A stretch of 64,000 bases of DNA from Lophium mytilinum (lineage: Eukaryota): assembly GCA_010093605.1 (NCBI GenBank), contig MU004188.1:685673-749672 (forward strand), written 5' to 3'. Positions 1 to 13,133 of the stretch are shown here, piece by piece. The stretch's first letter is position 1; each line of letters starts with the position of its first letter. The notes beneath the pieces were generated by a model that searched no databases, was not told where the DNA came from, and saw nothing but the letters and a program-made list of their open reading frames with translations. A program made the position numbers and the translations under genes.

Positions 1-2035
1 ATGGGATAGACTCGTTGAATCTAATACGCAAGGCGGGATGAAAGTCCAACATATCAGCATACTCGTCTGTATTCAGCGAAGCCCCACGTGGGCTCATCCT
101 CAACCCGATACGTGCAAGAAGTATGACTGACCTTGGAATGAAGAGAACGACGTCGAGGGCTGGGGCCAAACATCATGTGTGGAAGCTCCGAGTAGGCGTT
201 GGGCTTAGTGATGATGAGCCGAAACGACCTCGAAGGTATGCCGGAACTCGCAAAGCATCAGAGAGTGTTGTTGAGTTGGAGATCGAATGAGGATCAAGTG
301 GATTAGAAGTCGAATAAGGCCTGGATGGGTTGGGAAACATGAAGATGCAGTCGATGTTGCTCTGAGTGGCATCAGTAAGCAAGAATGAAGTAGTTGAGTG
401 CTGGAGATGACGACTTACAGGTTGATATGAGAAGCCGGACGATGGAACTCCGGAGAGTGTTAGTAACAGAGCAGGCTTGGGTGATGATAGAGAAGGAAGA
501 GAAAGCGAGATGATTGAAGAAGAACGATACTGTTGAAGGACGATGCTGTTGAAGAATGAAGGGTGGATGGTGGAACTGAGTCGATGATTTGTGAAGAAAA
601 GAAGAGAAGAAAGGCAGAGGGGAAGATGTTTATATACCTGGAAATCTGGACAGAGCAGGATCGTTGCTAGAGGAAGGGAGGAGGTAAGTATCGCATGATA
701 CTTCCGCAGATTGAGTTCTTTACTGCTTTGTGTTACAGCAAGTGCGGTATGGAACCTCTTGCGGCTCCTGTATTCCACACGGCTATTGCTTAGACAGCAG
801 GTAACACCACTGATGTTGATGCTAGGGAGGTAACAGCGTGCAGTGAGAACGCGAAAGTGGCTCAATTGCGAAGTAACAGATGGTCAGATAGATGGCGTTG
901 GGCGTGAAGTTCCCTCTGAAATGGATAAGAGCGCTGCTGATGCTAATGGCGGAGAAGGAAGAGTGTAGGATTAGAGGGCCAGAACTCTCTCGGACATGAA
1001 GTAGCAACTGGTTAAACGGAAAACTGCCTTTATCAGGGGAAGTAGCAATCCATCGTGTGAGGCAGTCAGGGTTTTTGACTATGGATAGGGGAAGTCACGA
1101 TGTTTATCGCGCCGCTCGAGATATATCAAAACACTTTGAGGGCTTTTAAGGTACATTTATCTTGCAGATTCATAAATAGAGACAATCCAACCCCTTAAGA
1201 TGAGATGGGCAGGACAGCTTCAGTGACGTTGATTGATGCCGGACGTTGGGATAGATAAGGGGCCCCTTGTCCATCCGTGAAGAAGTAACAATTACATATA
1301 CTTTAGGGTTATCCTGTATAGTGGAAGAATGAGTCCTATATATCTTTGAGGTATTAACTAAATACCACATTCTAGGTATTATTTAGAAAATATAAGAAGC
1401 AACATTCAGGTTTAGATTAAAAGTCTTCCCTTAGAAGGCGTTCAACATCGCCAAACGCGCCCATTAGCGGTAGTACAAGGATTGCGCATGTTCTATCTTG
1501 AGGTCGCCGGAGACACCTCACATATGCCACTGAAAAGAAATCACAAGTAATTATACTCTACCTCAATCTGATGGTCTGAAGCGGTTTGAATCTCGCTTGA
1601 TTATACACTACGTTCATACTATCATATTCGTGTCGTATCCGTTTCATTGAGCGAGCGTCGTCGTTCACATTCATCTTCCATCAGCTCTCATATCAAACTT
1701 TAAACATTACCACTGCCAGCAACCACTCGTCCCTCCCTTCCTCATTTTGACGCCTTATTCAAACCTTCTCAAAGGCGAACAACTCACTCAGCGAAGTCCA
1801 ATTATTCTGTGATGGATACATGCAGGGTGTAAATGTCAGCCTTGAGCGTGTACATACGGCATACCTAAGTACGTTCACATGTGTGAGGCGACTCTTCTGT
1901 CCAATCAGCTGGAGGATATAAAAGTGGAGGTGCTGCGCCGCACCAGCCACACCTGTACCTTCCGCCAAGGCCACCTTCGTCTTCTACAACTCCCCCGACC
2001 TCGACTCCCATCTCATAAGATCTAACGTCGCCGTC

Positions 2036-2944
2036 ATGCGTTGTGGAGGTGTCAAATATGTCACGATGGAACAGCAAATCCGGAGGCTAGACAAAGCGGC
2101 GCCTCCAAAGCTATCATCACGGCGCCGGGAGCTATCACGACCGCCGAAACCTAGTTCCAGACTTCTATTCCTCGGAAAACGACGCAAGCAGCAGCGTCAG
2201 ACGGGTCCACTGTTTTCGCGACTCCCTGCAGAGCTCCGAATCATGATCTTCAGCTACGTCTTCCACGATCCCAACGATGTCGTCCATGTTATATGGATGC
2301 GAAAGAGTCTCGCCCACATACGATGCCCGATTCCGGAGGATGCGCATGGCCGTCATAGAGGCTGTCATATACACTGTGAATTTTGCACCTCCTCTTATGG
2401 TCTAGCAAGCGGATTCTACCATTGCTTTCCAGGCTCAATACAAGGGACTTCGAGAACCGAGATTGCCCTCCTGCAGACATGCCGACAGGTCTACGGGGAG
2501 GCCATTAATCTCCTCTACTCAACTGCTACTTTCGACTTTATATCCGGTCGACCATTCATGTACTTTAAATGCGCTATTCTTCCACAGCGCCTTAACGCCA
2601 TAACGTCGCTGCAGATATATTGGTTCTCCTATGAGATGCCAACTCGAGACGATCGCGAAATCATTCAAATTGAGTACCTACCTAACCATTGGGACCCTAT
2701 GTGTCGGACTATTGTTACCATGAAGGGATTGCGGAGTTTCACTTTGCTGCTTCACAGCTTCAACAGTTTAGATAACTCGCATCAGGACCTGTTATTGGAG
2801 CCGTTGGAGGACTTGAGGGGTCTGAAAGAGTGCAGGATCCAAGCAGTGTACGATAATAAGCACATCTACTGCCAGGACGATGGGATTACACGACTATCGT
2901 CTCTAGGTGAGAGAATTATGGCGCAAGCCACCCTGACACGCTAG
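2036..2944 (+). CDS. Fungal hypothetical protein with F-box-like N-terminal motif (DUF7730-like)
   Basis: 302-aa ORF with LFSRLPAELRIMIFSYVF and ALLQTCRQVYGEAINLLYS motifs typical of this fungal family; the true start may be MEQQ at 2066. Confidence 0.75.
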   Translation: MRCGGVKYVTMEQQIRRLDKAAPPKLSSRRRELSRPPKPSSRLLFLGKRRKQQRQTGPLFSRLPAELRIMIFSYVFHDPNDVVHVIWMRKSLAHIRCPIPEDAHGRHRGCHIHCEFCTSSYGLASGFYHCFPGSIQGTSRTEIALLQTCRQVYGEAINLLYSTATFDFISGRPFMYFKCAILPQRLNAITSLQIYWFSYEMPTRDDREIIQIEYLPNHWDPMCRTIVTMKGLRSFTLLLHSFNSLDNSHQDLLLEPLEDLRGLKECRIQAVYDNKHIYCQDDGITRLSSLGERIMAQATLTR

Positions 2945-3798
2945 GCCAGGGAGTATTTCATAGCCTTGTCACGTAGAATCGTGTATCAACTTGCTGGCAA
3001 GGTAGATTTCAAGAATTATCCTGAGTAGAGAGTTCGATGATTTTCTCTCGCGATCGGAGTTTATCGCTACTGCTGAAGCGGTCCCTTACGTGATGTTTCG
3101 AGCAGAAAGCAGAGTGGCCATTGCCACGGCCGATGGCCTCAAACCCGTCAATCGGTTGCGACTCCTCAATTGCACCCGCCTTTCCAGTCCAACTCGATCG
3201 GAAAAGGAACCTCCATCCTCACGTACTCATGTGCTAGCTCCTTCCCGAGGCGTCTGGCTATTCGTGCGACCCTGAGAGCCTGACTCAAGTCTGCAACTTC
3301 AAAAAACATCATGATGTATTCCTCGTCTGCAAGCAGATGCTGTTATTTTCGTTCTTCCACTCTATTCTGCGCATACGAGCGTCTCGAAGCACACGCCCCG
3401 TGTTTCCTCGAGCTAGTTGCAAGGCATTAGGAGATATATCAACACCGACCATTCACAGGAGTGGGTCAGGGTGTCTTCTGCTGAGCTGGTGCTGGAACAG
3501 CAGTAGAATACATCTAGAGCCGGTACATAGAGCGAGAGTCATTGGGTCTTTTTATAGGAAACCTATTCCCATTGGGGTCGACTCGCTATTTACCACCCAA
3601 GAGTATCTGGCCCAGCGTGACCGCTTCGTAACCCGAATCCTTCTCCAACGCCTCATTATCGCAAGTCTCGTGGATCTCCATCACGTTGTTTTCTATCATA
3701 GTCCTCAGCCATCCTCCATCAGCTCCCATACATCAACCATTAAATCTTACCACTGTCACCAACACCTCGCTTCTCCTTTCCTCATCTTGACCCCTTAT

Positions 3799-4540
3799 TC
3801 AAATCTTCCCAAAGTCCACCAACTCACTCTCCTCATTCAATCTCTTCCCCGGCACCCTATTCGCCCTCCCCTTCCCTCCGACCCGCCACCTATGCACTGC
3901 CATACACGCAAACACCACATACGCAATATAGCACCCCACAACCAGCCACCCAGCCGCCACACTCGTCCATAGCAGCCCCTCAAACGCCGCCACGATCCTC
4001 CACTCAATCCCCCACGCCCCAAACATCTCAAACGTAACCTGCCACGTCCACATCCCCAGCGCTATGAGCGAGAGCACCAGCGTGGCCACGGGGTGCAGTG
4101 AGTGGCGGACCAACAGGACTAAGGAGAGCGGGAGGTGGATGGCCTCGAAGACGAGGACCATGCCGAGGCACCAGAAGAAGAAGTCGGATCTGGGGTCCGT
4201 TAGATAAGTTCAAACTCTCCTTGAGAATCGAGAGACGGGAGGGGCGGTGGTAAGGGTCAAGGACTGAGGATTGGGTTGCTTACGCTGGGTCGCCATGGCC
4301 TCGGCTCCATATCCGGGGCGGGAAGTCCATGGTGCAGAAGTGGGTCTTTGGGGTGTGGTGCGCGGCCCAGCATTTGGCGTAGCGATTGTTGGCGGTAGCT
4401 AGCCAGCCCATTTGTGCGATGGTGATGACCCATAAGAAGAGGGTGAAGAGGGTTATGGATATGAGGATGCGGGGGCCATGGCGGAGGACGCCGTGCCAGC
4501 GGGGGTCGGTGGGGTGGGTGAGGGAGGCAAGAATGGGCAT
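3799..4540 (-). CDS. Multi-pass membrane protein of unknown function (probably 2 exons)
   Basis: Two hydrophobic ORFs (4280-4540 and 3799-4161) on the same strand, separated by a GTAAGC donor near 4283; about 4 TM-like segments. Confidence 0.6.
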
Positions 4541-5986
4541 GTTGGTGATAGAGAAGGCGAAGATAGAGACGAAGAGGGTTCGGAAAAGTCGGCAGGCTTT
4601 AGTGCCAGACGCTGGATTGCGGTGTTGATGGTTGATGAAGTAGATAGAGATAGTTTAGACAGTGATGGGTAATGGAGAGAAGATATGATGACACAGACTC
4701 AAGGCGTTCGAAATAAGAAGTGTTGGACCTCAGCAACCAAGTGCGAGGCTGCATTATTCATATACCTACTGCACCCCTGCGCATGGACTACCTAAATAGG
4801 TGCTATGGACCGCCTACACAGATACCACAGCTACCAGAAAGCAGCCTTACGCACTGGATACTGCAAGCCGCAGTCGATTCGCTCTCAAGCGATGTCGAAA
4901 GTCTCAGATTCCAGGCTATTTGACGTCGCGATCGGCCTCGCTAGGAGAGGCTACAGAAAGGATGGACGTTTCGATAGGCTAGCACTGCCTCCATGCCTAG
5001 ATTTTGGCCTCATCGGCTGACTCGGCAATTCCTTTGCTTTGTACATTTAAGACAGCTTGGCGACTCCATATCAGCTCGGGATACGGGATTCGATGAATAT
5101 CGACCTGTGGGTCAAATCATGGAGGAATGATGCATATGGTCGATGGATGCTGAACCCGGTGGTTCTACCCGACGACTCAGCCTCGTTTTGTGTGCATCCT
5201 GTTGAGCTGGGTGGCTGGCTGGACTGCCTTTCGAAGCGAGGGCGAAGGATTAACTTCATCGTGCTGGCAGAAATCCTATCCTTGTCAGGGCACAGGTTTA
5301 GTTACCTTTCTGCGTGGCTGGCCTGGCCAAGAGGTGAGGTTGACTTATCGCGCCTAAGGCCACCATGCTGTGATTGGCTCCCCGCTTACCCAAACCATCT
5401 TTCACCTTTCACCATCAAAATGGAGTCGATATTGTACGTGTTGCTTGTAGACAGCAGTGAAAGGCTGATGAGTTCTTACCTACATAAGCGTTTAACGTAT
5501 TCTATACACCTCACATCGTAAATCACAAAGCGAATCATTGGGCAGAGAGTGAAGGGACGTTGTTCTTAGACTACAAGTCCACTCCTTCGTCTTCTTCCAA
5601 CCATCCCCGAAGTCATCATGCCTTCATCCATACAGTAGTAGTAGCCCAACCGAAGCCCCCATCGCCCCATGTCCGCTATATTCAGACAGCCTCCATAGAT
5701 TTATAGTACACAAGAGGGGGGAAGTCAAGCAAGCTTTACTCATTTAACGCCGTGACCTCGCAAGTTGATTTGCGCCTCCAAAGCAGCACCATATAATAAC
5801 AGGGCCGTACGTGAGACGGTAGTAAAAACAGAGTAGAAGGGGGAGGAGCTGACTTTTCGAAATGCGCCATGGAATATGCCAAGAAAGTTTCGATATTGTT
5901 CGAAGGAGGAATCCTAGGCGGGTCGACTAGTTGCAGAAACCGCCGGATATCTTCGATGCAGTAAGAGATCATGCGAGTATATGCAA

Positions 5987-7734
5987 TCATATGTAATCCC
6001 TTGCACTCTTCTGCAGCTCAATCAACCGCCAGCCCCTCGTCTCGGGATTGTTCACATCTTCCGGGATACGTGTGACGCCAATAGCATATGTGACCTGCTG
6101 GACTTTATCGTCCATACCAGCGGCGAGTTGGTTAGTCTTGGCGTTCTTGTAGACGTGGGTCTCTTGCGTCCGACAAGTGATAATAAACACCGGGATTTCG
6201 CCTGGCTCTAGCATCCGCGCTGAGAGGATATCAACGTTCCGGATGTCCAAGATCCGGCCATCTGACTTCAATCCTGCCGTTGTGTATTGCTGCATCAACG
6301 CTGCGTAGACCTGGTACTGCGCAGCCGATAGCCAAAGCTTGAGTGTCTCGACGTCGCCTTTGACATAGGCGTCTAGAACCTCCGGCAGGATATACTCGCG
6401 CATTTCCGTCAAGAAGGGCTCGAGCTGAAAGTTAGGGTCCATTTCTCTGAACTTCTTGATAACCATCGCAGTCTCGTTCTCAGCGAAGAAGCCAGTGAAG
6501 CGGTCTGATATGCTTCGGGCTGTTGAGATGAGAGGATTTTCCGACTCGTTGTAGGCAGACTTGAGAGAAAACACCGATTGCATGAAGCTAGATGAGTCGC
6601 GGAAGTCGCGCCATATTTCCTTGTACTTGGCGTCCTTGTGTAGTGTTACGTTTGTGCCAGCACTGCAGGAATGTTAGTCCATGGTGAGGTATATTGTGAG
6701 CTTATTAGGATTGAGGCATACTTTGGATCTTCCTCCATCGGCCCAGTGACCTTTCCACCCGACCTTTTGAGCTCATTGAGCTCCCTCAACTCTCTCCTTT
6801 TTCGTCGTTCTTCCTTCTCTGTCCAACCACCGTATCTTGACGAGCTACCATCATCTATGGTCTCCTTAACACTCTTGAACGCCTTGGAGTCTCGGATCGG
6901 CTTCGTCGCCACCGCAACACCCTGACCAGTCACGTTGGCAACCTTCCGCACTGCCTTCACGGGGAGGGTATCCCATGTCCACGCCGCACTAGTCCCAATA
7001 ACCTTCCCTGTGCTTTTCAGCGCCTCGGCAGTTTTCGTAGACGCAGTGTCGGTAATCGTATTATATGTCGACTTCGCCTTCTGAACCTGGGGATTCTGCG
7101 TGAAATCATTGACGCCAGCAGAAAGAGCCTTGGTAGACTCATTCCACTCTTTCGACGCCCTGAATTCCGATTTCAAGGTCTCGGTGAAGACTTGCCATGG
7201 CGTCTTATCGCCGTGCGGGGGAGGTGGGGGTGGCTCTTCCTTAGCTTTCTTCTCTTCCTCGCCCTCCTTTTTCTCCCCTGAAGACTCCTCCTCTCCAGCC
7301 TTCTTCTCCGCTTCACCCTCCTTGCCCTGCTCGCCGGCTGCCGTTTCCCCGGCCTTGGCCGCCTCTTCGACTGGTGGCGTCTGGGTTGCAGACCCAGGTG
7401 ACGCGGGCTTAGTTTTTAAATCTTCTGGCTGTTTTTGGGCTTGCTGCTGGAATGGCGAGCGGGCGGAGAAATGGCGAGCGTAGAGCGTAGTGGATCGGGT
7501 GAGGATAGTTTGTGGTAGAAAGTCACTCCGGAGGAGAATGAAGGGCGATGATTGGAGAGACGGGGTAACTAGCGACTGCTGCCGAGTCGCATATCTCGAG
7601 GCCGTTACTGGAGACGTCGATATCCGTCGATATGCAGCAGTTCGGCCATGTATGGAGCTGGGAGACGAGGCGAATGGGAGGGCAGAAGAGAGTCGCGCGC
7701 GCGCGGAGAAGGCGCTGGTGGTCAGCACTCTCAT
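5987..7734 (-). CDS. TIM44: Mitochondrial import inner membrane translocase subunit Tim44
   Basis: Arg/Ser-rich presequence; SRYGGW..KEERR, YNESENPLI, FFAENETA and YILPEVLDAYVKGD motifs; one intron 6663-6721. Confidence 0.96.
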
Positions 7735-7993
7735 GCTGGTAGACTCGAATTAGGTTTCGGGAGAGAGCGCAGAGGGATAATCTCGCCCAGAGAGATGAGG
7801 AGCGTGAGTCGGCGGTTGGGTGATCGAGTTGAGGTTGGGGCAAGCCGACATGTTTTTTCTGATGCCGAACGCACGGCCCGACTCCCGATTCTTGACCGCA
7901 GAACTCAGAACTCGACTTCGCGACCCCATCATCACAGCTTCGCAACGCCAATCCCCATAGCATTTGGGCCTGTCCCTCCCACTCGCAGGCACC

Positions 7994-8662
7994 ATGAGCA
8001 AACCCTTCGCCGCACGGCTTCTCCAGCCTCTATCATCAGCAATCTGCTCCTCCTGCCGCACTACCCTCGCCCGTCAACCTCTCCTCTCCACCCGCCCTTT
8101 CAGTAGCACGCCCGCCGTCCTCGCGAAAGACTTCCAAGATCCAACCGCGGTCATCTCCAAACTCAATTCCCTCGCTAGCGTACTAGAACCCTTTCAAAAG
8201 CCGACCTCGGGCTTTGAAGGCATCATCGGCCCCCGACACGCCCAAGACGACGAGATCGACTCCCTCGCCGCCTCCCTCCACAAGGAGGTCCCTATGTACC
8301 ATTTCCACGTCTACGCCACAAAACACAACACGCACATCACGCTGACGCGGCCGAACCGCGAGCCCCTCATCTCGGTGAGCTGTGGAAATATCGGGTTCAA
8401 GAAGGCGGCGCGGGGGACGTACGATAGCGCGTATCAATTGGCGGCGTATATGATGAGTCGGATTCAGGACAAGGGGCTGTTGACGGAGATCAGGGACATG
8501 GAGGTTATATTTCGGGGGTTTGGGCCGGGGAGAGAGGCTGTCTCGAAGGTGATTATGAGCAGCGAGGGGAGGAATGTGAGGACTAAGATTAAGAAATTGA
8601 CGGATGCGACGAGGCTGAAGTTTGGCGGGTTGAGGAGTCCGAGGATGAGGAGGTTGGGTTAG
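7994..8662 (+). CDS. Mitochondrial ribosomal protein uS11m (S11 family)
   Basis: HVYATKHNTHIT, SCGNIGFKK, FRGFGPGRE and DATRLKFGGLRSPRMRRL motifs; presequence-like N-terminus. Confidence 0.93.
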   Translation: MSKPFAARLLQPLSSAICSSCRTTLARQPLLSTRPFSSTPAVLAKDFQDPTAVISKLNSLASVLEPFQKPTSGFEGIIGPRHAQDDEIDSLAASLHKEVPMYHFHVYATKHNTHITLTRPNREPLISVSCGNIGFKKAARGTYDSAYQLAAYMMSRIQDKGLLTEIRDMEVIFRGFGPGREAVSKVIMSSEGRNVRTKIKKLTDATRLKFGGLRSPRMRRLG

Positions 8663-8935
8663 TGAGTCGTGCATGGTACGGGGAGGATGCATTTTGGGCA
8701 AGCTGTACAATATGAGGCTTCAGCTGTGTGTATAAGAGGCATGTACGATCAAAGGCGTTTGACTCTGGTGGAAGTGCTTCGCTGGGATCATCGGCTGTCT
8801 TGCTCGTGTGAGCTTGGCTACGGTCTGTAGATAAATCTTCAAAACAAGTTCCCTCTAGCTGTTCAACTCCAATTTCTCCAAACTTTCTTAACCATATCCT
8901 GAACCAGAACTCCGCGCATTAAAAGCATACAAGAA

Positions 8936-9888
8936 TCACGTTATTCGTCTCGGCATTGGCGCTCTTTCTGCAGGCGGCATTTCTCTGCCACTTGTATCTT
9001 TCACGGACACGAGCCTGGGCGCTTTATTCCTGCTGGTTCCCCTTGAACCTCCACTACTACTGTTTGATATCCTGTCCATTTCGCTGTCCCAATTGTCCTG
9101 TTCATCCAATGAAGGACGATTCCGCCGGCTACGATCATGCCGTAGCATAGCTGTTGTTTCGTCGTGGTCATCCTCGTCATCAAGCAGCTCTCCATCTGCC
9201 GTGTCGTGATCCGGTGGAGCTATCCATTCCCGTGGTACTACGCATGGTAGGGCGACACCGATGCTTGCAGCGCGATTGAGCCAGGCGGGCGCAGGCCGAG
9301 ATGTGAGCTTTTCGCAGAGATACGATGTGAAGTGATTACAGTTGTTGGTAAGGAGATTATATGAGGTTCCGAGAAACTTTTGGGAAGCCTAGAACAGTAT
9401 GATTAGCGAAGTCTTCGAAGGGTAGATGGAACCTTAATCACCTCTCGTATAATCTCGTCAAGCTCCCTGTCGTCACGGTAGGATAGTCCCTGCACGATCT
9501 CTATCCTGAAGGTCCCTCCTGGTGGTTCTAGTCGAGGTCTAGTAGTTGTAAGTATTCGCGTTGAACATATCATTCGCTCGTGCCTTACTGGGTCCAATAC
9601 ACCCCACTGATGCCATGCTTGTCGTGGCCACCGTAGGCGTACTCCCTATCTCTTATGACGACTCCAGAGTGTAGAAGAGACCCTCCGATAGCCCATAGCA
9701 CCGAGGATACCTTGCCAGGCTAAGTGCTGCGCGTAAGTTCCACTCCATGTATATGGGAGCATTTTGGGTGTTCTTACAGGAAGAAGGTCATACACGTTGA
9801 TCTTGACCTCGGTCTTTTGCAGAGACAGCGTAGAGCGGTGCTGCTGGGAGCTCTTCCGGGCGGGTTTTGGCCGTGTGGTGGACGCCAT
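8936..9888 (-). CDS. PPPDE/DeSI family peptidase (deSUMOylase/deubiquitinase, DUF862)
   Basis: Spliced reading gives INVYDL...LLHSGVVIRDREYAYGG...YNLLTNNCNHFT (catalytic His/Cys); 3 introns. Confidence 0.92.
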
Positions 9889-10371
9889 GTATATGTTTGT
9901 TGAGCACGAGTAGTAGGTCGGGCGGTTTAAGGAATTACAGACAGGGCCAGCCCGTTTTGACACGATTGAAGCTCCACAGCAGCAGAGACTAAAGGTACAA
10001 TTGAACGAAGACGAGAAAGAGAAGAGAAGGAGAGTAGACGGCGCACTTCCGAGTCGTGTGAGCTCGAGCAGTGACGAAGCGGCCGCACGGTGTCCCCGCC
10101 AAGAAGTTCGCGAGTAGTCTTATTTTACCAAGAACCCAGCCTTGCAACACCCATCCCACCAACGAAGGGACGACTCACAAGGTCGTCTCCTCCCCTCAAC
10201 CTCATCACGAACGCCCCCGGCGCTTTTCACCTTACCTTTCCTTCTTTGATACCCCATTTTTCTCGGTCTGCAGCAAGTACTGCAGTCGTCTTCACACGCT
10301 CGACTTTCTCTTCCAAACCCATTTTTCAGGCCGTCCTAGCTCGCTCCTACGCCAGCCACGGCCGCAAGAAG

Positions 10372-11926
10372 ATGCCTCCCAAGAAGGCCGTGAAGGAGGA
10401 GAAGATTCTGCTGGGCAGGCCGGGCAACAGCTTGAAGAGTGGCATCGTATGTAGGAAACCATATCCGCAGATGTTTCAAGTCCTTACCCTGACAGTGATT
10501 TCAGGTTGGCCTGGCGAACGTCGGAAAGTCCACGCTGTTCCAAGCCATCACGAAGTGTCATCTTGGTAACCCTGCCGTAAGTCTTCACTGCCCACAGCAT
10601 TTGCGCAACCAGCTGACCGGCGTGGCAGAACTTTCCCTATGCTACCATCGACCCTGAAGAAGCTCGTGTCATTGTGCCCGATGAGCGATTCGACTGGCTA
10701 GTCGACCACTACAAGCCCAAATCTGTCGTGCCCGCCAACTTGACCGTCTACGATATCGCCGGTCTAACGCGAGGCGCTTCAACTGGAGCTGGTCTTGGCA
10801 ACGCTTTCTTGTCGCACATTCGTGCCGTCGATGCCATCTTCCAGGTCGTGAGATGCTTCGACGATGCCGAGATCATCCACGTTGAGGGTGACGTAGACCC
10901 CATCCGCGACTTGGAGATCATCAGCGACGAACTCCGGATCAAGGACATCGAGTTCACGGAGAAGGCTCATGAGGCAATTGTCAAGCAGACCCGGAGAGGT
11001 GGCCAGAGCCTGGAGATGAAGAAGCTTAAGGAGGAGCAAGCTACCATCGAGAGGATCTTGGAGATGCTCAAGGACGGCAAAGACGTCCGGAAAGGCAACT
11101 GGAGCCCGAAAGAGGTAAGCACTGAGATTTCCATCTGCACATCCCACCGAACCCCTTGCCATATGATGACAAAGAGCGATTGCTCTATAATCCCAGCTCT
11201 CTAATGGCCTCACGTACGCGTAGAGGCTACTTGATTAGAAGTCCAAACACTGATTTGCAACCATTCATACAAACATAGTCTCGTATATCGGTAGTAGCAC
11301 TCCGCTAATACATGATCTTTAGGTCGAGGTCATCAACCCTCTCTTCCTTCTTACAGCTAAGCCTGTTGTCTACCTCATCAACCTCAGCGAGAAGGACTAC
11401 ATTCGCCAGAAGAACAAGCACCTTCCCAAGATCGCGCAATGGATCAAGGAGAACGCGCCAGGCGACCCAATCATCCCCATCTCTGTCTGCTTCGAAGAGC
11501 GTCTGTCGCGATTCGAGACCCAGGCCGAGGTCGACGAAGAGTGCAAGACCATTGGCGCGAAATCTGGCCTTCCTAAGGTCATTGTGACCATGCGAAAGGT
11601 TCTCAATCTCGGCAGCTTCTTCACGACTGGTACGGATGAAGTGCGGCAATGGACATTACGCAACGGGACCAAGGCTCCTCAAGCTGCTGGTGTCATTCAC
11701 GGAGGTAAGATGTGCCATAAATTCAGACATTACTCTATATACTGACACAATCGTAGACTTCGAGAAGACCTTCATTCAAGTGATTGTCTACAACTTCAAC
11801 GTGTTGAAGGAGGAGGGCGACGAAGCTACGGTGAAGGCCAAGGGCAAGGTGCTGACCAAGGGCAAGGACTACATTGTGGAGGACGGTGATATTCTGCTCA
11901 TTAAAGCCGGAGCGGCAAAGGCCTAG
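10372..11926 (+). CDS. OLA1: Obg-like ATPase 1 (YchF/Ola1)
   Basis: [12 protein letters not shown] (split by an intron), [24 protein letters not shown] and [11 protein letters not shown] motifs; introns start near 10448, 10577, 11115 and 11706. Confidence 0.97.
11156..11260 (+). ncRNA. Intronic box C/D snoRNA, probable snR69 orthologue (25S Cm2948 guide)
   Basis: Inside the 208-nt OLA1 intron 11115-11322: C box ATGATGA 11163-11169, D' CTAA 11201-11204 preceded by AATCCCAGCTCT, C'-like TTGATTA 11231-11237, D box CTGA 11250-11253, terminal TTGC/GCAA stem. Confidence 0.8.
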
Positions 11927-12400
11927 ATGCCAATCTGTTGGCCAGGTGTTGACGAGATACCTACCTTAAAAATACTCCATGCAACAGCAGGAATGAATTG
12001 ATGCTCTATACGAGCTACTTGAGAATACTCCGAGAGGTTCCTTGCACAAGATAGTCTGAGACTCGTGTGATTGCTCGACCACATCTTTTTGGAGAAGAAT
12101 GTCTTGGCGGTACAAACAGTGGTAGATGCAGAGGCTATTGAGGTTATTCAAAATATGGCGAGGATAAGGTCTCATCTCAGAGTCTTCGTCAAAGGCTACG
12201 CAATTGAAGGTGAAGTTAAGGACGTGATAACCTCCAGCCCGCAAATCAGGCGTGATATTCAAGAGCCTAGGAAACCCTGTCTCGTGGGCGAAGCAGCCCC
12301 GCCATCCTCCAAATTCAAATCGCGGGGCAACTATCCCACCTCCACCACGTCACAAAAACCACAACACCACCACAAACACCCCTCGAACCACCCCTTCAAC

Positions 12401-13133
12401 ATGTTCAAAAAAGAGTACGCAGTTAATCCACCATGAATCAGATCCAGCCCGCTAACAACCCCACCCCCAGCATCACCGCCGGTTCGAAATCCAAAGTCAA
12501 GTCGTCCGTACAACGCGGCATCCGCAGCAAAGTCATCGAAGAGTACCCGCTGCTGGAGCCGTACATCGACGAGATCATCCCGAAGAAAGGGCAACTAGAC
12601 CACATCAAACTGTACGGCCCCTCGAGTCCCCTTCCCCTCACACGCCCTACTTCCTGTGCAGCGTTTGCATTGTATTGTATGTACTGACGGTTATGGCCGT
12701 GAACAGACCCGACCGCTGCGCCCTCTACGCCCTCGGCTCCACCCCCCTCTTCTTCCAGCACATGGACGACGCTCTGCTGCCCCACCTGACCCTCGTGCAC
12801 AAGTACGCCGAGTGCTTCCCGCGCGTGCGCTGCGACCGCGGCGCGATCCGCTTCGTGCTGTCGGGCGCGACGCTCATGGTGCCGGGGCTGACGTCGGCGG
12901 GGGGGCGGCTGCCGGGGGATGAGGAGGACGAAGACGAGGAGGAGGGGAAGTGGGGGGAGGAGGAGCTGGAGGCGGGTGAAGCGGTGGTGGTCGAGGCTGA
13001 GGGCAAGGAGAATGCGTGTTTTGTGGGCGTGCTGAAGATGGGGACCGAGGAGATGAAGAAGGTGGGGAAGGGGCTGGCGTTTGAGAATGGGCATTACCTT
13101 GGGGATGGGCTGTGGGGGTTGAAGCTGGATTGA
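12401..13133 (+). CDS. TMA20: Translation machinery-associated protein 20 (MCT-1/Tma20, PUA domain)
   Basis: MFKK / KSKVKSSVQRGIR / DRGAIRFVLSGATLMVPGLTSAGG / GHYLGDGLW; 2 introns. Confidence 0.95.

Noticed and set aside
173..865. 230-aa minus-strand ORF
   Set aside because: Non-ATG start, Ser/Leu low-complexity sequence, no motif; it looks like promoter or UTR sequence.
1290..1430. AT/TpA-rich patch, possible RIP-mutated transposon relic
   Set aside because: Too short, with no recognisable TE motif.
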